Below the pieces are notes generated by a model that ran no database searches, was not told where the DNA came from, and saw only the letters and a program-made list of their open reading frames with translations. A stretch of DNA of 29,705 nt, filler included, from an uncultured virus (IMG/VR IMGVR_UViG_2061766007_000535) (Duplodnaviria; Heunggongvirae; Uroviricota; Caudoviricetes). It is 2 parts of one record of this genome, joined end to end, with 100 filler letters (N's around TTAATTAATTAA, not from the genome) between each part and the next. Parts side by side here need not be neighbours in the genome. Positions count along the whole stretch, not along the records: positions 1 to 7,056 come from IMGVR_UViG_2061766007_000535; positions 7,157 to 29,705 come from IMGVR_UViG_2061766007_000535. One strand, 5' to 3'. How positions within the stretch are numbered: position 1 is the first letter of the stretch; each line of letters begins with the position of its first letter. Below, one piece after another: positions 1 through 8,161 of this stretch. A program made the position numbers and the translations under genes.

Positions 1-813
1 ACCGAAAAGAAATACGACGGACAGGTATTTGTTACCTCCGAATCTGTCTCCATGGTCGACCCGGATATCGTGAATACGGCATCCCCGTTCAAAGACCTGT
101 TTCAGGTTCGCCCGACCGACCTCGCAAATGTCGAGGCGGACATGAAGACCAATGGATACGACTCCGCGCACCCCATCATCATCTGGGCAGGACACAATAT
201 GACCGTCATCGATGGTCATACCCGCCTGGCCGCCGCAAAGAAGCTGATGTTCCCGCAAATCCCCGCGATCATCAAGAATTTCAAGGATGAATCCGATGCT
301 CTGGAATACGCGATCAAGACGCAGCGCAACCGCCGCAACCTGACCGATGCCGAGCTGCTTCGTTGCATGAATGAGCTTGACAAACGCAGTGTCGCCGGTC
401 GTCCGAAATTAGCCCGAAGTCGGGCTAATTCCGGGAAGAGCGCCGAAGCTACCGCATCACTCCTTGGGATTTCCCGCACGAAGGTCGAGCAGCTCCGCAC
501 GCTCAACGACCACGCGTCCGATGAGGTCAAGGAAGCAGTCAAGGACGGCAAGCTCTCCATCAATAAAGCTTACAAGGCAACGATGGACGCCCGTCATGCC
601 ACTGAGGCGGAAAACAGCGATCCGGAACAGATCAAGGCCGAACGTCTGCTCGCCCTGGAGGCCAGCTATAGCAGCGCTCTGACGGCACGAACCGACCGCG
701 AACTGAAGCAGTACCCCGATATCCGCTATACGGACGACGAACTCACCGACCTCGCCGTGAAAATCATCGACAAGCTCAAAGACGAACTCAAAAGACTCAA
801 AAAGGACAACTGA
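1..813 (+). CDS. ParB/Srx-domain protein with C-terminal HTH region (ParB-like paralogue 1), 5'-partial
   Basis: HPIIIW...VIDGHTRLAAA...QRNRRNLT motif, then an ASLLGISRTKVEQL HTH. The frame is open from base 1, and the allele at 13641/14760 shows a start about 20 codons upstream of the Met at 52. Confidence 0.85.
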   Translation, partial: TEKKYDGQVFVTSESVSMVDPDIVNTASPFKDLFQVRPTDLANVEADMKTNGYDSAHPIIIWAGHNMTVIDGHTRLAAAKKLMFPQIPAIIKNFKDESDALEYAIKTQRNRRNLTDAELLRCMNELDKRSVAGRPKLARSRANSGKSAEATASLLGISRTKVEQLRTLNDHASDEVKEAVKDGKLSINKAYKATMDARHATEAENSDPEQIKAERLLALEASYSSALTARTDRELKQYPDIRYTDDELTDLAVKIIDKLKDELKRLKKDN

Positions 814-815
814 CC

Positions 816-1634
816 ATGAAAACGAACTATCCCTCCAAACAGGATGCGGGCTGCACCTTTGTGAACGGAACCATCATGATGGCAAAGACCGATTCCCTCC
901 GCACCGCAGCTCCGTTCAAAGACCTCTTCCCAATCCGCGAAGATATCCTGAACAGAATCATGACCGACATGAAACAGCACGGATTCGACAGCGGCCATCC
1001 GATTATGGTCTGGTCCGGGAAGAAACTGACCGTAGTCGACGGACACACTCGGCTCCTTGCCGCCATCAATCTCGGCATCGAAGCGATCCCCATTGTGTTC
1101 CGGGAATTCGCAGACGAGAAAGCCGCCCTGGAATATGCCATCGGTTCCCAGCGGAACCGCAGGAACCTGACGGACGCCGAGCTGATGAAGTGCATCTCCG
1201 CGCTCGACAAGCGGAAAAAGACCGGTCGCCCCAAAAACGGAGATGTGCTTCCTGGCAAAAGCGCCGACCGTACTGCTATGCTCCTCGGCACGTCTCGGAT
1301 CAAGGTCGAGAAGATTCGCTCCATCATCGACCATGCGCCGGAGGAAATCAAGGAAGCTATCAGATCCGGCAACCTCACCATCAACAAGGCATACGTCATC
1401 ACGATGGGAAAACGGAAAGTCAGCAAATGCCGGGATGAGGACGAACTCCGGGCTGCGATGGCAGAGGAGCTGCAAAAGGGCCTCATCAAAGTTGTTCGCG
1501 ACATCATCGTGGACCTCAAAAAGAAGTATCCCGGCATCCTGCTGACCGGAGAGCAAGCTGCGGAGGTGCTGAAAGTAGCCTGCGCAACACTCAAAACCGA
1601 GCTCGACAAGCTCACAGAGAAAGGAACAAACTGA
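816..1634 (+). CDS. ParB/Srx-domain protein with HTH (ParB-like paralogue 2)
   Basis: VVDGHTRLLAA...SQRNRRNLTDAEL; HTH AMLLGTSRIKVEKIR; clear paralogue of the upstream gene. Confidence 0.85.
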   Translation: MKTNYPSKQDAGCTFVNGTIMMAKTDSLRTAAPFKDLFPIREDILNRIMTDMKQHGFDSGHPIMVWSGKKLTVVDGHTRLLAAINLGIEAIPIVFREFADEKAALEYAIGSQRNRRNLTDAELMKCISALDKRKKTGRPKNGDVLPGKSADRTAMLLGTSRIKVEKIRSIIDHAPEEIKEAIRSGNLTINKAYVITMGKRKVSKCRDEDELRAAMAEELQKGLIKVVRDIIVDLKKKYPGILLTGEQAAEVLKVACATLKTELDKLTEKGTN

Positions 1635-1636
1635 TA

Positions 1637-2816
1637 ATGGGAATGCTTGATAACATTCAGACCGGACGCGAGAACAAGCCGCCTCGCATCATGGTATACG
1701 GCCAGGAAGGCGTCGGGAAGAGCACCTTCGGTGCATCCGCTCCCGATCCCGTCTTCATCCAGACCGAGGACGGCCTCGGCGAGATCGACACCTGCAAGTT
1801 CCCGCTCGCCCAGAGCGTCGGCGACGTCATCGCCGAGCTGACCGCCCTTCGCGACGAGGAGCACAGCTTCCGCACTGTCGTCATCGACTCCCTCGACTGG
1901 CTGGAACGCCTGATCTTCGACGAGGTGTGCAAGGAATTCGGCGTCCGCAGCATTGAAAAGGCGGACGGCGGATACGGCAAGGGCTATGTGGATGCCCTCG
2001 TTCACTGGCGCAAAGTCCTCGCACTCCTCGACGACCTCCGAAACAAGCGTGGCATGATGGTCATCCTGCTCGCTCACGCCAAGGTCGAGCGCTTCGAAGA
2101 CCCGGAGAACATCGCCTACGACCGCTACGCTCCCCGCCTGCACAAACANNNNNNNNNNTTCCATCGAAAAGGCGGACGGCGGGTACGGCAAGGGCTATGT
2201 GGATGCACTTGTCCACTGGCGCAAAGTCCTCGCGCTCCTCGACGACCTCCGGAACAAGCGCGGCATGATGGTCATTCTGCTCGCTCACGCCAAGGTCGAG
2301 CGTTTCGAGGACCCGGAGAACATCGCCTACGACCGCTACGCTCCCCGCCTGCACAAACACGCGGCAAGCCTCATCTCCGAGTGGGTCGACGCCGTGCTCT
2401 TTGCCGCGAAGCGCCTCCGCGTCTCCAAGGACGGCGACAGCCGCGCCATTGCGGCCCCCATCGGGGCAGACGGCGGCGAACGCATCCTCCGCACGAACGG
2501 AAGCCCGGCCTGCCTCGCGAAGAACCGTTTCAGCCTGCCGAACGAAATCCCGCTTCGCTGGGACGCCTTCCTCCAGGCGTATGGAAACTCCGTNNNNNNN
2601 NNNATGAAGCGCATGCGTGTCAGCAAGGACGGCGATGCCCGCGCTATCGCGTCTCCCATTGGCGCGGACGGCGGCGAACGCATCCTTCGCACGAACGGGA
2701 GCCCGGCCTGCCTCGCGAAGAACCGTTTCAGCCTGCCGAATGAAATCCCGCTTCGCTGGGACGCCTTCCTCCAGGCGTATGGAAACTCCGTTGCTCTCGC
2801 GGCCGCGGCCTCATAA
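1637..2816 (+). CDS. Phage AAA_24 / Sak4-like ATPase, assembled as three overlapping allelic fragments (1637-2148, 2159-2593, 2604-2816)
   Basis: Walker A YGQEGVGKST and Walker B VVIDSLD. The intact copy is at 16493-17263. Confidence 0.8.
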
Positions 2817-2828
2817 AGGAGAACCACC

Positions 2829-3053
2829 ATGTCCGAACACATCGCTGTCGCGAAGCACAACCACTTCTGCGACTTCTGCGGCGGGCTGATCCCGAAGGGG
2901 ACGAAATGCAGGATCATTCATGACGATTTCATGCCGAAGCTCGTCTACTTCGAACATCTGCACTGCCCGCCGTCGAAACCCGTGTTCGTCAGCTCCTCCA
3001 TCCCGAAGAAACCGATCAAACCCAAATTCACGCCCGCATTCTGCGTGTGCTAA
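2829..3053 (+). CDS. Small Cys/His-rich putative zinc-binding phage protein (74 aa)
   Basis: HFCDFC...EHLHC motif; RBS AAGGAG; conserved in three copies. Confidence 0.75.
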   Translation: MSEHIAVAKHNHFCDFCGGLIPKGTKCRIIHDDFMPKLVYFEHLHCPPSKPVFVSSSIPKKPIKPKFTPAFCVC

Positions 3054-3070
3054 ACGAAAGGATTATCATC

Positions 3071-3641
3071 ATGGCCACTCTCAATTTCAACGCCAACGAA
3101 GTCGAGCCCAGCAAAGCGTTCGATCCCATTCCCGCAGGAAAGTACATCGCCGTCATNNNNNNNNNNTATCATCAACTTCAACGCCAATGAAGTCGAACCC
3201 AGCAAAGCGTTCGACCCCATCCCCGCAGGGAAATACATCGCCGTCATCACGGACTCCGAGATGAAGGAAACCAGAGCCGGAACCGGCCGCTACCTCCAGC
3301 TCGAATTCGAGATCACGGACGGCGAGTATGCCGGACGCAAGCTTTGGTCGCGCCTGAACATCGAGAACCAGAACGCCGAGGCTGTCCGCCTGGCCCGTGC
3401 CGACCTCTCCGCCATCTGTCGTGCGGTCAACGTCCTCACGCCGAGCGACTCCATCGACCTCCACAACCTCCCGCTCGTCATCAAGGTTCACTGCCGGAAG
3501 GACAAGAACACCGGCGAGATCACCAACGACATCCGCGGGTACGAGTCCAAGGCGAACTACAAGCCGGAACCGAAACAGGCTCCCGCGACGCCGACGAACG
3601 CCCAGACCGCCAGAATTCCCAGCAAACCGCCGTGGATGTGA
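3071..3641 (+). CDS. DUF669-type phage ssDNA-binding-like protein (two allelic fragments across the gap at 3157-3166)
   Basis: FDPIPAGKY...YLQLEFEITDGEYAGRKLW...KPPW signature; follows the AAA_24 gene. Confidence 0.8.
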
Positions 3642-4009
3642 TGCCGGTCGAGCTCGAACTGCCGTGGCCGCCGAGTTTGAACCACTATTACCGGCACGTC
3701 GGTCCCCGCGTCCTCATCAGCCGCGATGGCCGTCGATACCGGGAAAGCGTGACGGCAATCACCCGGAGGACGGGGCATCCCATGTTCAGATGCCCCGTTC
3801 AAGTCGAACTGGACCTCTATCCGCCCGACAACCGCAGGCGCGACATCGACAATTCCCAGAAGAGCTTACTGGACGCGCTCACCTGCGCGGGCGTGTACGA
3901 AGATGACTCCCTCATCCATAAAATCACTGTCACCAAACGAGAACCCATGCCCCCGAACGGAATGGCATTCATAAGGATCATGGAATATGACAAAAATCGA
4001 CCGCCGTAA
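3641..4009 (+). CDS. rusA: RusA-family Holliday junction resolvase
   Basis: LPWPPSLNHYYR and PPDNRRRDIDN..KSLLDAL...DDS motifs; TGATG coupling to the DUF669 stop. Confidence 0.9.
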   Translation: MPVELELPWPPSLNHYYRHVGPRVLISRDGRRYRESVTAITRRTGHPMFRCPVQVELDLYPPDNRRRDIDNSQKSLLDALTCAGVYEDDSLIHKITVTKREPMPPNGMAFIRIMEYDKNRPP

Positions 4010-4063
4010 ACAAATTGAAGCCGTGCAGAACTTCTGCAAGAACCTGCCTGATGGCAAGGAATT
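3987..4063 (+). CDS. 72-aa HTH protein, 3'-truncated allele
   Basis: MTKIDRRKQIEAVQNFCKNLPDGKE matches 4082-4300 and 18348-18566; cut by a gap. Confidence 0.6.
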
Positions 4064-4081
4064 NNNNNNNNNNATCGGAAT

Positions 4082-4300
4082 ATGAAAAAAATCGACCGCT
4101 GCAAACAGATTGAGGCCGTGCAGCGTTTCTGCAAAGACCTGCCGGACGGAAAGGAATTCACCGTCTGCGTCCTTCTGATGAAGGGCATGAAGGAAAGCAA
4201 GGTCCGCAGGCGCATGCGCATGAAGCCGGATGCCTGGAAAGAACTCAAGGAACAGATTGCCGAGGGACTGAAGAAGGCCGGGGTACAGCTGAGGGACTGA
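4082..4300 (+). CDS. Small basic putative HTH (sigma region-4-like) protein
   Basis: 72 aa, sits between rusA and the helicase; pattern L..E..VC.LLM.G..E..V.R.M.M. Confidence 0.65.
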   Translation: MKKIDRCKQIEAVQRFCKDLPDGKEFTVCVLLMKGMKESKVRRRMRMKPDAWKELKEQIAEGLKKAGVQLRD

Positions 4301-4303
4301 AAA

Positions 4304-4607
4304 ATGAACTTGCGACCCTACCAACAGGAAGCGGTCGAGGCTGTGTATGAACATCTCCGCACGAAGAAAAACAATCCCTGCGTCGTGCTTCCCACGGGCA
4401 CGGGCAAAAGCCTTGTCCTGGCGCAGATCGCAAAAGACGCGGTGACGCTGTGGGGAGGCCGGGTGCTGATTCTTGCTCATGTGAAAGAGCTGCTGGAACA
4501 GAATGCGGACAAAACTCGCCGTCTCTGCCCCGACCTCCCCATCGGGATCTACTCCGCGGGACTGAACTCTCGGAACACGGACGAGCCGGTCATTGTGGCG
4601 GGCATCC
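4304..4607 (+). CDS. SF2 helicase N-terminal fragment (allele)
   Basis: MNLRPYQ Q-motif and LPTGTGKS Walker A; ends at a gap. Confidence 0.75.
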
Positions 4608-4640
4608 NNNNNNNNNNGTTTATAAGGATTTCTGAATACA

Positions 4641-4859
4641 ATGCAAAAACAAGATCTGCAAACTAGGAAGAAGATTGTCAACGACTGTCTTAACAACATC
4701 GAGGACCCGGAAATGCGCAGCGTATGTTTCATGTTGTATAAAAACTACAGTGAACATGATATTTCCAAACAACTGCACATGAGTAAAAAGAAGGTTCACA
4801 AGCTGATTGTGCGCTTCTCCGTTGACCTCCTTCTTGCGGGATTGAAACCGAGGTGGTGA
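4641..4859 (+). CDS. Divergent 72-aa HTH protein in the rusA-helicase slot
   Basis: Same length and position as 4082-4300 (preceded by the rusA tail FIRISEY); YSEHDISKQLHMSKKKV looks like an HTH; AT-rich. Confidence 0.7.
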   Translation: MQKQDLQTRKKIVNDCLNNIEDPEMRSVCFMLYKNYSEHDISKQLHMSKKKVHKLIVRFSVDLLLAGLKPRW

Positions 4860-4865
4860 TGCACA

Positions 4866-5908
4866 ATGAACTTGCGACCTTACCAACAGGAAGCGGTTGA
4901 GGCCGTATACAACCATCTCCGCGAAAAGAAAAACAACCCATGCGTCGTTCTCCCCACTGGGACGGGCAAGTCTCTGGTGATCGGACAGATCGCAAAGGAT
5001 GCCGTGACGCTATGGAACGGTCGCGTGCTCATTCTCGCTCATGTGAAGGAGCTCCTCGAGCAAAATGCCGACAAGATTCGGAAGCTCTGCCCGGAAGTCC
5101 CCATCGGAATCTTCTCTGCGGGGCTGAACTCCCGGAACACAGAGGAGCCGGTCATCGTGGCCGGGATTCAGAGCGTGTACAATAAGGCCGAGTTGCTGGG
5201 CAAATTCGACTTGATTATCGTCGATGAAGCACATCTCATTGCTCCGGACGGAGATGGAATGTACCGGACGTTCCTGCAGGACATGAAGTGCATCAATCCC
5301 CGCGTCCGGCTCATCGGACTGACGGCCACGCCGTTCCGACTGAAGGGCGGCCTCATCTGCAAGCCTGATAATCTGCTGAATGAAATCTGCTACGAAGCAG
5401 GCTTGAAGGAGATGATACAGCAGGGATACCTTTCCCCGCTCGTGTCCCGTGCCGGTCGCGCCGAAGCCGACCTCAGCAACCTGCACATCCGTGGCGGCGA
5501 GTTCATCGGCGATGAGATCGAGGCGGCGATGGATACGGAGCAGCTCGTCCTGTCTGCCTGCCGGGAGATCGTCGACCTGACACGAGATCGGAAATCCGTC
5601 CTGATATTCACCTCATCGGTGAAACACTGTCAGCACGTCGCCGAGGCAATCCGAGGGTACAGCGGGCAGGAATGTGCCGTCGTAACCGGCGATACTCCGG
5701 CTGGCGAACGTGCCGAAATCCTCGACCGCTTCAAGGGTAAACCCGTTCCTGCAGACCTGTTCGGGACGCCGAAGCCGCCGCTGAAGTTCCTGTGCAACGT
5801 GAACGTTTTGACGACCGGCTTTGACGCCGTGAACACGGACTGCATCGTTCTGCTCCGGCCGACGAACTCGGCGGGCTTGCTGATCCAGATGGTCGGACGC
5901 GGAACACG
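4866..5908 (+). CDS. SF2 DEAH helicase (RadD/YejH-like), N-terminal part
   Basis: PTGTGKS, IIVDEAH, GLTATP, LTTGFD, QMVGRGTR; truncated by a gap. Confidence 0.9.
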
Positions 5909-5948
5909 NNNNNNNNNNCTGTTTTCCTTCCGTTGAGGGGTTATTGTT

Positions 5949-6401
5949 TTAATCGTGATGAACGCCAACTTTTAGCATTCCGTCGAGTTTGCGATGGCAT
6001 ATTCGGCATAGCCAATACACTTTCAGTGGCTGAGAATAATCCGGGTGATGCATCTCCAGATTGTCCGTTCCTCCACAGAAATAACATTCTGTTCCGCGAG
6101 GGATTCTCCCGTCGCGGATAGCATTGCCCGCTGCAGTACGGGCTTTGTACTTTTCAGGTTCCATTTCTTTTTGTCTTCTCCATGTCGCTTTGCGCAGAAC
6201 AATCCTATGCGGTTGTGTTGTACGGTTTCGGTCATAAGCTCGATAATAGTCTGCCTTTCGCCGTCTGTTTTGCAAAGCATCTGAACGGCAACATTCTTTG
6301 CACTTGTTAAGATGACCATCCGCCATTTGAGGATGTATGTAAAACTCGGAAAGAGGACGTATCTGTCCACATTTGAAACACGTTTTATCCATGTTTTGCA
6401 C
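5949..6401 (-). CDS. Phage HNH endonuclease-like protein with N-terminal zinc finger
   Basis: N-terminal CxxC...CxxC; C-terminal CYFCG...MHHPDY...WLCRICH HNH-type core. Starts 1 bp after the helicase stop on the same strand. Confidence 0.8.
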   Translation of the reverse strand: MQNMDKTCFKCGQIRPLSEFYIHPQMADGHLNKCKECCRSDALQNRRRKADYYRAYDRNRTTQPHRIVLRKATWRRQKEMEPEKYKARTAAGNAIRDGRIPRGTECYFCGGTDNLEMHHPDYSQPLKVYWLCRICHRKLDGMLKVGVHHD

Positions 6402-6402
6402 C

Positions 6403-7056
6403 TCAGAACGGAATTTCTGACGGATCGAAGTCTTCGACGTGGAGATCGCCGGACATCACGACCTCCGCAGTGTCGTCGCCCGGCTCGCGTTCGGGACGCT
6501 CGCCAAGCTCATATCTCGTTATGGTTTCGAACTTCTCGCCCGCGGTCGAGCGGACGGTGATTCTCTTCGGCTCAGCGAGGATGCCGGAGCTTGCCAGTCG
6601 GACAGCCTCAGCGGCACTGTGCGGCACGGGACACCATTCCGGCGCCCGCTCCTTCCACCACTTGACGAACTTGGACCGTGCGTACCCGGAGTGTTCCGGG
6701 CAGACCCATTCGGACTTGTACGTCTGAAATGCCACCTCATAGTCGACCCGCATCGTGCTCGGCGTATCGTCCGGCGCATACCGTTTCCTGTGGACTGCAT
6801 AGAATGTGCGCCGCACCTCGTATTCGTCGAAGAACACCTCGCCGGAGATGATGCCGTCGTGGGCGGCATGAGCCGTAAGGTCCGAGTGCTGCGACGGAGG
6901 GAATTCGTATCCGCATTCCGGGCATTTCGCGTATGCCGCGTGGATCAGGGCGTAACATTCCGGGCATTTCTTTGCCGGAGCCTCGCCGTTGCCGGGAGTC
7001 TTGTCTTTCACGCGGATCATGTCCACGGGACCGTGGCGCATGATGTTCCCGCCGTA
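6403..7056 (-). CDS. SF2 helicase C-terminal part (zinc ribbon and acidic tail) on a probably mis-oriented contig
   Basis: YGGNIMRHGP...CPEC...CPECG...EIPF; nearly identical to the 3' third of 18569-20311. Confidence 0.85.
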   Translation of the reverse strand, partial: YGGNIMRHGPVDMIRVKDKTPGNGEAPAKKCPECYALIHAAYAKCPECGYEFPPSQHSDLTAHAAHDGIISGEVFFDEYEVRRTFYAVHRKRYAPDDTPSTMRVDYEVAFQTYKSEWVCPEHSGYARSKFVKWWKERAPEWCPVPHSAAEAVRLASSGILAEPKRITVRSTAGEKFETITRYELGERPEREPGDDTAEVVMSGDLHVEDFDPSEIPF

Positions 7057-7156
7057 NNNNNNNNNNNNNNNNNNNNNNNNNNNNNNNNNNNNNNNNNNNN
7101 TTAATTAATTAANNNNNNNNNNNNNNNNNNNNNNNNNNNNNNNNNNNNNNNNNNNN
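7057..7156. other. Artificial scaffold linker N44-TTAATTAATTAA-N44
   Basis: Exactly 100 bp, with a six-frame stop 12-mer at 7101-7112. Confidence 0.97.
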
Positions 7157-7421
7157 GGCTTACATGGCCATGACGCCTCCCGCCTACGCGAAGGACGACG
7201 AGGGCCACGAATACCCGTGGCCGGAGTTCATCGCTATGAAACTCAACGAATTCCGCGAGGAGATCGAAGAGAACAACATGCTCGTCGCCCGTCTGGATGA
7301 CTGCGACGAAGCTCTGCGCGAGAACCCCGAAAACGTGACGGAGGGCTGACCTATGGCAAAAGAAAAAGACTACCGCGAACAGATCGACCGTTCCGTCAAG
7401 CGTCTGGCGAAGGCGCTGAAC
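7157..7421 (+). CDS. Allelic fragments of the two small hypothetical genes at 20330-20641 and 20647-20865
   Basis: AYMAMTPPAYAKDD...EG stop at 7349; MAKEKDYREQIDRS from 7353 to the gap. Confidence 0.7.
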
Positions 7422-7431
7422 NNNNNNNNNN

Positions 7432-7686
7432 TCCCAGGTTCGGGATTGTGCCGCCTTCAGGGAGTTCTGCGATCTGTTTCTCCCAGCTTTCCCTCTGCTT
7501 CCGTTCTTTCTCGGTCTGCGCCTCAGCAGGCGGGAGCAGACGCTTCGGCCGCGTCGCACCGAACCGCTGTTGCAGAACAGCGGCGGGGAATGGTTCGACC
7601 TCGGCGAAGAACACCGCCTTCCAGCCGAGCGGTCCCCAGGCAAGGGTCGCGGCCTCCACGCCGCTGCATACGCTTCCATAGTTCAT
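7432..7686 (-). CDS. DNA cytosine-C5 methyltransferase, N-terminal fragment
   Basis: MNYGSVCSGVEAATLAW...FFAEVEPFPAAVL...PNLG matches motifs I-III of phage-type C5 MTases; RBS AAGGAG; truncated by the gap at 7422-7431. Confidence 0.8.
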
Positions 7687-7768
7687 AATTTATAAAGACT
7701 CCTTCGAAAAGACATGTTATGGACAGCAGAGAGGCCCTGTCCCGAAAAACAGCGGGAAACAAGTTCTC

Positions 7769-7815
7769 CCTACCAATATTATTTCAGAAATTCGGCTAAG
7801 TGGACGGTATAAAAC
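7769..7815 (-). promoter_or_regulatory. 47-bp conserved motif, left copy (putative promoter of the leftward operon)
   Basis: Reverse complement GTTTTATACCGTCCACTTAGCCGAATTTCTGAAATAATATTGGTAGG is 42/47 identical, ungapped, to 11530-11576; A-tracts lie upstream. Confidence 0.65.
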
Positions 7816-7904
7816 TGGTGTTTTTTCGTTTTTTTTTGGATTTTTTCTTTAAACTGACATTCCTTGGCAGTGTACCGTGCTACATTATAGGAGAAACACG
7901 ATAA

Positions 7905-7932
7905 CGGATGATGCGGAATCACGGAGATTCCG
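7905..7932. promoter_or_regulatory. Palindromic operator-like site, copy 1
   Basis: CGGATGATGCGGAATCACGGAGATTCCG, 26/28 identical to 8068-8095. Confidence 0.6.
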
Positions 7933-8067
7933 ACCCGAAACGAAGAACATAACAACGGAGAGACTACACGATGTTCCGGAAAAATACCGTTTTTTCGGAT
8001 ACCCCCGGAGCTAACTGACGTTAGATGGCAAATAGACAGTGTATAGTAAAATCGGAGACCATACAAT

Positions 8068-8097
8068 CGGATGACGCGGAATCTCGGAGATTCCGCG
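8068..8097. promoter_or_regulatory. Palindromic operator-like site, copy 2
   Basis: Perfect palindrome CGCGGAATCTC-G-GAGATTCCGCG at 8075-8097, about 65 bp upstream of the 763-aa gene. Confidence 0.6.
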
Positions 8098-8161
8098 GAG
8101 TCTCCCGCCGCTTCGTCGCGGTTCGAATTGACGCATCACTTAAATTCGAAAGAAGAAAAAA

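Noticed and set aside
1637..5908. Diversity-generating retroelement (template/variable repeat pairs)
   Set aside because: No reverse transcriptase is present, and differences between copies are mostly synonymous and not adenine-specific.
5919..7056. Inverted helicase 3' half as a shufflon or phase-variable inversion
   Set aside because: The segment is bounded by assembly gaps with no inverted repeats or invertase. Flipping it restores the order seen at 18569-20311, so contig mis-orientation is the simpler explanation.
7101..7112. TTAATTAATTAA palindrome as a biological site
   Set aside because: It is centred in symmetric 44-N runs and is a standard six-frame-stop contig linker. Adjacency across it is meaningless.
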